From: an uncultured bacterium | Lineage (GTDB): Bacteria; Actinomycetota; Thermoleophilia; Solirubrobacterales; 70-9 | Reading direction: 5' to 3' | Assembly (NCBI GenBank): GCA_963696945.1 | Contig: CAVOME010000008.1 | Coordinates: 69,767 to 133,766, forward strand | Length of the DNA: 64,000 nt | Shown here: positions 58,558 to 64,000 of the stretch, piece after piece | Numbering within the stretch: the first letter of the stretch is position 1 | Layout: every line of letters starts with the position of its first letter | Translations under genes and position numbers: made by a program | The notes under the pieces: model-generated | Database searches by the model: none | What the model saw: the letters and a program-made list of their open reading frames with translations, nothing else | What the model was told of the DNA's origin: nothing

Positions 58558-59126
58558 GGGAGGCCTTCGGCCCGCCGCTGAAGGCGGCCGCGCTGAGCGC
58601 GTTCATCGCGGGCGTCGTTCTGCTGCTGGTAAACCCCCCGTCGCTCTCCGGCCTGTGGGGCATGGTCGCGCTCGTGGTCGGCGCGATCGCGATCATTTTG
58701 CTGACCGCGTGGGCGACCGTGGCGCTGATCGGTGGCGAGATGCCGGAACCCGAGTTTCGGCGGTTGGTCGATCGAAGCGAGGCACTCGCGCAAATGCCGC
58801 CCCCCGACCGCCCGCCGAGCGAGTTCGACGAGCTCGTGATGCGGGCACTCGACGACCTTCCCGATGAGTTTCGCGAGATCCTTCAGACGACGCCGGTGGT
58901 CGTCTCGAGCCGGGGGCACGAGCACCGCGCCTACGGCCTCTACATGGGCGGCACGGTGGCGCGCAACAGCTATCCGGACAGGATCGTCATCTACCAGGAC
59001 ACCCTGGAGCGCGACTTCGGCCACGACCCTGACCTGCTTCGCGCCCAGGTCGAGCGGACGGTGCGCCACGAGGTCGCCCATCACCTGGGCTGGGACGAGC
59101 GTGGCGTGCGGAATCTCGGTCTGTGA
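58554..59126 (+). CDS. Membrane-anchored metallopeptidase-family (DUF1025-like) protein.
   Basis: There are two N-terminal hydrophobic spans, followed by ..DELVMRALDDLPDEFREIL..VRHEVAHHLGWDE. Its ATG overlaps the upstream TGA. Confidence 0.6.
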   Translation: MREAFGPPLKAAALSAFIAGVVLLLVNPPSLSGLWGMVALVVGAIAIILLTAWATVALIGGEMPEPEFRRLVDRSEALAQMPPPDRPPSEFDELVMRALDDLPDEFREILQTTPVVVSSRGHEHRAYGLYMGGTVARNSYPDRIVIYQDTLERDFGHDPDLLRAQVERTVRHEVAHHLGWDERGVRNLGL

Positions 59127-59205
59127 GGACCTGGAGAGGGGCGTGAGCGGGGGCAGCCCGGCGGCCGTCAGCTCGCCGTGACCCCCGCCGACGGGGCCAG
59201 GCGCC

Positions 59206-60009
59206 TCAGAGCCCGTGGTGCGGCCACTCGGGCGCGTTGCCCTCCTTGAAGGCCCGGGCGCCAATCGCGTGCGAGTCGCGCCGCATGAACATCGACAGGC
59301 ACATCTCCGCCTCGGTCCGGAGCTGCTCCTCGTAGGGCCGCCCGACGTTGCGAACCATCGTCTCCTTGTCGGAGCGGATCGCTCCCTGGGGGAGCTCGGC
59401 GATCTCGCGAGCGACCTCCAGCGCACGCTCGAGGGCGCCGCCGGCCGGCACGACCTCGTTTGCGAGGCCGATCCGGAGCGCCTCCTTCGCGTCGACGGGA
59501 CGACCGGTGATGATCATCTCCATCGCCTTCGCGTAGCCCACCACGAGCGGTAGCCGAACGGTCATCCCGTCCCCGGCGACGATGTTCCAGCGGCGTTCCA
59601 GGGCGCCGAAGACGGCGTTCTCGGCGACGATCCGGATGTCGCCCAGGAGCGCGTTCTCGAGCCCCGCGGCGACGGCCCAGCCGTTAACCGCGGCGATCAC
59701 GGGCTTGAACACGTCGAGCCGACGCGTGTATCCGCAATCCCCGGGCGAGTTGTGGAGGTGGGTGCGGAACTCGTCCCAATCCTCCACCTTCGTCTCGGCC
59801 GCGTCCGCGAGATCCCAGCCGGCGCAGAACGCTTCGCCCGCACCCGTGATCACGAGCACGAAGGCCTCCTCGTCGTCGCGAAACCGCCGCCAGGCGTCGT
59901 GAAGCTCGTCGTTCATGCGGCGGCTGACGGCGTTTCGCTGCTCGGGGCGGTCGTAGGTGAGAACGGCGACGTGGCCGTCCCGCTCATAGCGGATCGTCTC
60001 GTAGCTCAT
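59206..60009 (-). CDS. Enoyl-CoA hydratase/isomerase (crotonase family).
   Basis: MSYETIRYERDGHVAVLTYDRPEQRNA..VLVITGAGEAFCAGWDL..AAVNGWAVAAGLE. An AGGAGG RBS precedes ATG 60009. Confidence 0.9.
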   Translation of the reverse strand: MSYETIRYERDGHVAVLTYDRPEQRNAVSRRMNDELHDAWRRFRDDEEAFVLVITGAGEAFCAGWDLADAAETKVEDWDEFRTHLHNSPGDCGYTRRLDVFKPVIAAVNGWAVAAGLENALLGDIRIVAENAVFGALERRWNIVAGDGMTVRLPLVVGYAKAMEMIITGRPVDAKEALRIGLANEVVPAGGALERALEVAREIAELPQGAIRSDKETMVRNVGRPYEEQLRTEAEMCLSMFMRRDSHAIGARAFKEGNAPEWPHHGL

Positions 60010-60215
60010 CGGTCCTCCTGGGCTCGCGTGTGGCAGGAGCCGCCAGCTTCTCATCACCGCGGAGGGTGGCAAGCTTCTCAAGCTCATCTGGACCCCCTTC
60101 CGACCTCCAATCAAGGACCCCAAAGGTCAACTTGTCGGACGAGGGGACGCGGGGGGCGCCGGTGACGGGCCGGGGCGCGCGCGCACCGGCCGGTCTCCCT
60201 GCCGGCGCCCGAGGC

Positions 60216-60417
60216 TCAGTCCTTCCTCTCGAGGTCCGCGACTTCGCGGGCCTTCTCCGCCAGGGTCTCCTTGGCGTCCTCCAGCTTGTCCTTGGCCTCG
60301 GCCCGCTTCTCGTCCCTGGCGCCTTCCCGGCGAAGCGAGGAATTGCCGGCCAGGTCGCCGGCGGCCTTCTTGGCTCTTCCGACCGCCTTCTCGATGGAGC
60401 TCTCCACTTTCGTCACC
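60216..60417 (-). CDS. CsbD-family stress-response protein.
   Basis: VESSIEKAVGRAKKAAGDLAGNSSLRREGARDEKRAEAKDKLEDAKETLAEKAREV. An AAGGAGG RBS lies 8 nt before GTG 60417. Confidence 0.7.
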
Positions 60418-60463
60418 TCCTTTCCGCGGGTCCCGCTACCCGCCTCGGGCTCGGGCAAACCGG

Positions 60464-61861
60464 TCAGGCGGCGGTGCGCTCGGGCTCGCCGGTGCGGGCG
60501 CGGGGCAGGCCCCCGATTTCTCGCGCGAGGTCGTTGGCGCTTCGTCTCGGCACCACCAGCGCGAAGCCGAGCGCACCCGCAAGGGCGATCAGGCACATCA
60601 GGAACGAGAGGGTGAACCCGGAGGACGTCGGGATGCCGGACCCGTCGAGGTTGCTGGCCAGAAGCGTCGCGGCGAGCTGGCCGCCGAATGCGCCCCCGAG
60701 GGTGCGGGTCACCGCGTTCATGCCGGTCGCCACGCCCGTCTGTTCCTGGCGCACGTTCTGGACGATCAGGTTGGCCATCGCCGAGAACGAGAGGCCGATG
60801 CCGATGCCGAGCAGGCCCGCGGCAACGTAGATCTCCCACTCCTGGCTTCGGCCGGTCACCAGCAGGACATAGCAGGCGAGAGCGAATGCAGCGCCCCCGA
60901 TCAGCGACCCGCGCGAGCCGATCCGGCGCTCCAGCACTCCCGCCATCTGCCCGATCACCACGATCGCGATCGTCGTCGGGAGGAGGAATAGCCCGGCCGT
61001 CGTCACCGAGGCACCGAATCCATAGCCGGTGCTCGTCGGCTCTTGGACAAGCTCGGGCAGGAGCACGAACGACGAGTACATCCCGACCCCGATCAAGAAC
61101 GCGACCGTGTTTGTGGTCCAGACGCCGCGGATCGCCATCATGCGCATGTCCACGAGCGGCTCGCGGGATCGGAGCTCCTCGCGCACCCAGGCGGCTATGA
61201 CCGCGGTCCCGAGAGCGAGCAGGCCGAGCGTCTTCGCCGAGGTCCAACCCCAGGTGCTGGTCTCGGTGATCGCCAGCAGGACGCCCGAAATGCCGAGCGT
61301 CATCAGCGCCGCGGCGCGGTAGTTGATCTCGGCCGGGGTCTTGACCGGCGACTCGGGGATATAGCGCCGGGTCAGGAAGGCGGTCAGGACGATGATCGCG
61401 AGCGGGCACCAGAAGAGCCAGTGGTAGGAGAGGTTCTGCGTGACGACGCCGGCGAGAACCACACCCGCGCCGCCGCCGATTCCGAGCAGGGAGGAGACCA
61501 GGCCGATTGCACCAGGGACCCGCTCGTTGGGGAACTCGTCGCGGATGATCGAGAAGGCGAGCGGAAAGATGCCTCCGCCGGCCCCCTGGATGACCCGGCC
61601 GAGGATCATCAGCCACAGGGAAGAGGCGATCGCGGAGATCAGCGTCCCGAACGCGAGCGCCAGGAGCACCATCATCAGCAGGCGCTCCTTGCCGTACATG
61701 TCGCCGAGCCGGCCGATTATCGGCGTCGCCACCGAGGCGCTCAGCAGGTAGGCGGTCAACACCCACCCGACGGCGCTCTCGGACGTGTGGAGGGAGCTCT
61801 GGATCTGCGGCAGCGCAGGGACCACGAGCGACTGCAGGAGCGCATAGGAGATCCCGCCCAT
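60464..61861 (-). CDS. MFS transporter (DHA2/EmrB-like). The N-terminus is probably disrupted.
   Basis: An intact 465-aa ORF reads ..TAYLLSASVATPIIGRLGDMYGKERLL... In-frame upstream sequence encodes PRIILAVLS (a TM1-like start) with no start codon, while GTG 61946 is in another frame. This suggests a frame switch near the CCCC run at about 61885. Confidence 0.8.
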   Translation of the reverse strand: MGGISYALLQSLVVPALPQIQSSLHTSESAVGWVLTAYLLSASVATPIIGRLGDMYGKERLLMMVLLALAFGTLISAIASSLWLMILGRVIQGAGGGIFPLAFSIIRDEFPNERVPGAIGLVSSLLGIGGGAGVVLAGVVTQNLSYHWLFWCPLAIIVLTAFLTRRYIPESPVKTPAEINYRAAALMTLGISGVLLAITETSTWGWTSAKTLGLLALGTAVIAAWVREELRSREPLVDMRMMAIRGVWTTNTVAFLIGVGMYSSFVLLPELVQEPTSTGYGFGASVTTAGLFLLPTTIAIVVIGQMAGVLERRIGSRGSLIGGAAFALACYVLLVTGRSQEWEIYVAAGLLGIGIGLSFSAMANLIVQNVRQEQTGVATGMNAVTRTLGGAFGGQLAATLLASNLDGSGIPTSSGFTLSFLMCLIALAGALGFALVVPRRSANDLAREIGGLPRARTGEPERTAA

Positions 61862-61976
61862 CGACAGGACGGCCAGGATGATCCGGGGACTCGGGCTGGA
61901 GGCTCGCTGGAAGATCGAATGACCTTAGCAGATCATTTGCAGTCACCGAGCATTGTTACGTGATAACTTTCTGTGA

Positions 61977-62480
61977 ATGGCAAGGGCATTGAAAGACGGT
62001 GCGCCTCCCGGTATCGCAAGGCAATGGCCGACTCTGCTGCTGATCAAGCTGGGCCGGATCACGATGCACCGATTCAGCGAGGCTCTCGAGCCTTTCGGCA
62101 TCCGCCCTCGCCACGTGGCGGCTCTGATCGAGCTCCGCGACCACGGTCAGCTCACGCAGCAGTCGTTGTGCGGCCAGCTCCACCTCGACCCGACCAACCT
62201 CGTCGCGATCCTCAACGAGCTCGAGGACAGGGGCTATGCGACCAGGCGCCGCGATCCCGAGGATCGGCGCCGTCACCTGGTCGAGGTATCGAGCCAGGGG
62301 GTCGCCGTGATCGAGAAGGTCTCGGCGGTCATGGATGCGGTCGAGGAGGACCTCCTCGAGGGATTCGATCCCGGCGAACGCGAGCAGCTCGAGGGCCTAC
62401 TGACCTCGATCTGGGAGCGAAGCGGCGGCTATGACGCCTACTCCCAGGCCGAAGCCGAGGCGGACGGCCCACCCGCCTAG
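61977..62480 (+). CDS. MarR-family transcriptional regulator, divergent from the MFS gene.
   Basis: ..RPRHVAALIELRDHGQLTQQSLCGQLHLDPTNLVAILNELEDRGYATRRRDPEDRRRHLVEVS. Confidence 0.9.
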   Translation: MARALKDGAPPGIARQWPTLLLIKLGRITMHRFSEALEPFGIRPRHVAALIELRDHGQLTQQSLCGQLHLDPTNLVAILNELEDRGYATRRRDPEDRRRHLVEVSSQGVAVIEKVSAVMDAVEEDLLEGFDPGEREQLEGLLTSIWERSGGYDAYSQAEAEADGPPA

Positions 62481-62493
62481 CGACGTCTGGCGG

Positions 62494-62865
62494 TCAGCCG
62501 GTCCGCAGGGCAATGCGAAACACGGGGTGGTCGGGGGCGATCCTTCGAAGCTCGGATTCCGGGGAATCGCCCGCGACGCCGTCGAAGAAGACGCCGACCT
62601 CCCACTTCCAGCGCTTCAGGTAGGCGCGAAGGATCGGGACCTTTTCGTCATCGGCGACCTCGGCCGCGGTGAAGCTCTCGGAGCGCCTGCCGACCAGCAG
62701 GTGCCCCTCGTTTCGGGCGCGCAGGTTGCGTACCCACTGGGTGTGCCCGCGCGGGGCGACGAGGTAGCGAGCGTCGTCGATGACCAGAAGGTTGACGGGC
62801 GTTCGGCGGGGCTCTCCGGTCTTGCGGCCACGGACCTCCAGGATCCGGGAGCCCGCGACGCTCAA
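62494..62865 (-). CDS. Deazaflavin (F420H2)-dependent nitroreductase/quinone reductase (DDN) family. The N-terminus is unresolved.
   Basis: ..ILEVRGRKTGEPRRTPVNLLVIDDARYLVAPRGHTQWVRNLRA... In-frame upstream sequence YQRPGWLQRHVFDPAIAALTRAG also looks coding but has no canonical start back to the stop at about 62985. Confidence 0.7.
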   Translation of the reverse strand: MSVAGSRILEVRGRKTGEPRRTPVNLLVIDDARYLVAPRGHTQWVRNLRARNEGHLLVGRRSESFTAAEVADDEKVPILRAYLKRWKWEVGVFFDGVAGDSPESELRRIAPDHPVFRIALRTG

Positions 62866-62955
62866 GCCCGCTCGGGTCAGTGCCGCGATGGCTGGATCGA
62901 AGACGTGTCTCTGGAGCCAGCCGGGTCGTTGATAGCGATCGGCGATGCCTCGATT

Positions 62956-62979
62956 CTGACAGCGCCGCGACGCTGTCAG
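62956..62979 (-). terminator. Perfect 9-bp hairpin between the porC-like gene and the DDN gene.
   Basis: CTGACAGCG-ccgcga-CGCTGTCAG. There is no U-tract. Confidence 0.35.
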
Positions 62980-63013
62980 CCGCCCGGTTCAGGCTATGTT
63001 CAGTCGCTTCTCC

Positions 63014-63660
63014 TTAGGCAGCCCCCCGCATCCCGTGCACCCGTCCAAGGACGGCCGGGCGCTCGTCGTGCTCGCTGCGGGCGATCTCGCGCACCTCTGC
63101 CTCGACATAGCGGAACCCCGCCTCGGCCGCGGCGACGTCCCCGTCGCCGGTCTGTCCCGGGAAGCGCTCCCGGATCGAGCTCACGACTGACATCCAGCGA
63201 CACGCACCCGCTGAGCGCGGCGAACCCGCCCACCAGAGCGGCGTCCGGCATCGGGAGGCCGATGTGCTCGCGTGCGATCTCGCTCGCCGGAATGCTGAGC
63301 CGCCGGTCGGGTCGCAGCGTGGCGACGAATTCGCCCAGCCCCAGTTCCTCGATGCTGCTCGTCGAGTTGACGAGCAGATAGCCCGTCGGCTCCAGCCCCC
63401 GAACGGTCGCTCGAGTGGGGGGGTCCGGATCCTGGACGATCAGACCGTCCGGGTGGCCGATCGACTCGCGCGGCCCGGAGCGGGCGTCCGCCGATCCGGC
63501 AGAACGCCACGACGCGGGGACCCACGGGCCCGCGAGCGAAGGCTCGGGAACGCGAGCGCGTCGCGGCCTTCGACCAGCGCCGCGACCGAGAGGAGCTCGG
63601 CGGCGGTCATCATGGTCTGCCCGTCACGGCCGTGGAACCGAACCTGGAACGACGGCTCGG
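63014..63660 (-). pseudogene. 2-oxoacid:ferredoxin oxidoreductase gamma subunit (PorC-like) with at least 3 frame switches. The start is unresolved.
   Basis: The pieces are VRFHGRDGQTMMTAAELLSVAALVEGRDALAFPS (ORF 63440..63769); PRVVAFCRIGGRPLRAARVDRP (ORF 63181..63525); SIPASEIAREHIGLPMPDAALVGGFAALSGCVSLD (ORF 63000..63251 and neighbours); and the C-terminus ..AAAEAGFRYVEAEV. Confidence 0.65.
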
Positions 63661-63989
63661 CCGGCTCTCCAGGGGTCGGCCGCTTGCCGGTGCGCCGCGC
63701 CGCGCGAGCACGATGGCGAGGGCACCGCCGAACAGCAGCGCGACTCCGACGACCAAGACCACAAACCAAGCGGGAAGCCCGGATCCGGGCGATCTCGATT
63801 CGTCGTCGGAGCCGCCTTTTGCTGGGCGCCGGATCCGCCGTGGTCGCCCGGCGTCGGAGGCGCTTCGGCGCTCGGCTGGGGCGTCACGGCCGGCGTCTCC
63901 GACGGCTGCGCGTGAGCTTGCGGCCGCTGGTGCGAAACGGTCGCGAATCGCGCCAGCTTTCGGGTCGTGGCGTCGCCCGACGATTCCAT
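63610..63989 (-). pseudogene. Hypothetical Pro-rich, membrane-anchored protein. It is frameshifted and very tentative.
   Basis: ORF 63624..63989 carries MESSGDATTRKLARFATVSHQRPQ..PSAEAPPTPGD and has high third-position GC. A TM-like AWFVVLVVGVALLFGGALAIVLARR lies in a neighbouring frame. Confidence 0.2.
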
Positions 63990-64000
63990 CGACGGCCAGG

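Overview
This is a 64-kb chromosomal segment of about 70% G+C with an actinobacterial-type gene set; I cannot name the taxon from sequence alone. By hand reading of the six-frame track (which opens ORFs at ATG, GTG or TTG) I count about 58 protein-coding loci and two tRNA-Ser genes. I found no rRNA, CRISPR array, transposase, integrase or phage genes.

Gene content:
- Central carbon and acyl-CoA metabolism: an OdhA-like E2-E1o fusion, citrate synthase, three acyl-CoA dehydrogenases, a propionyl/acyl-CoA carboxylase beta subunit, the methylmalonyl-CoA mutase large subunit and an enoyl-CoA hydratase.
- A complete sulfate-assimilation locus: sir-cysH-sat-cysC plus TauE, an Rrf2 regulator and a PHP phosphatase.
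- An envelope-glycan cluster: UDP-xylose synthase, two GT4 enzymes and a GT-C enzyme.
- An acyl-CoA reductase / FAD oxidase / UbiA trio.
- Transporters, regulators and two secreted beta-propeller repeat proteins.

Observations not explained by ordinary annotation:
1. Reading-frame integrity is strikingly mosaic. Many conserved genes can only be read by hopping between frames; eleven consecutive loci across 14.2-26.8 kb are all interrupted. By contrast, 19 consecutive loci across 28.3-47.3 kb are uninterrupted. I call the interrupted loci 'pseudogene', but uneven assembly or sequencing indels are an equally valid explanation.
2. A repeat family of about 115 nt (R1) begins at the TGA stop codon of the upstream gene and contains a hairpin with compensatory changes between copies. 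One copy is embedded in inverted orientation, in frame, in the linker between the two lipoyl domains of odhA. Together with the upstream copy it brackets the odhA start region.
3. A second hairpin repeat of about 39 nt (R2) has one copy next to a tRNA-Ser gene.

All coordinates of frameshifted loci and of start codons are approximate.
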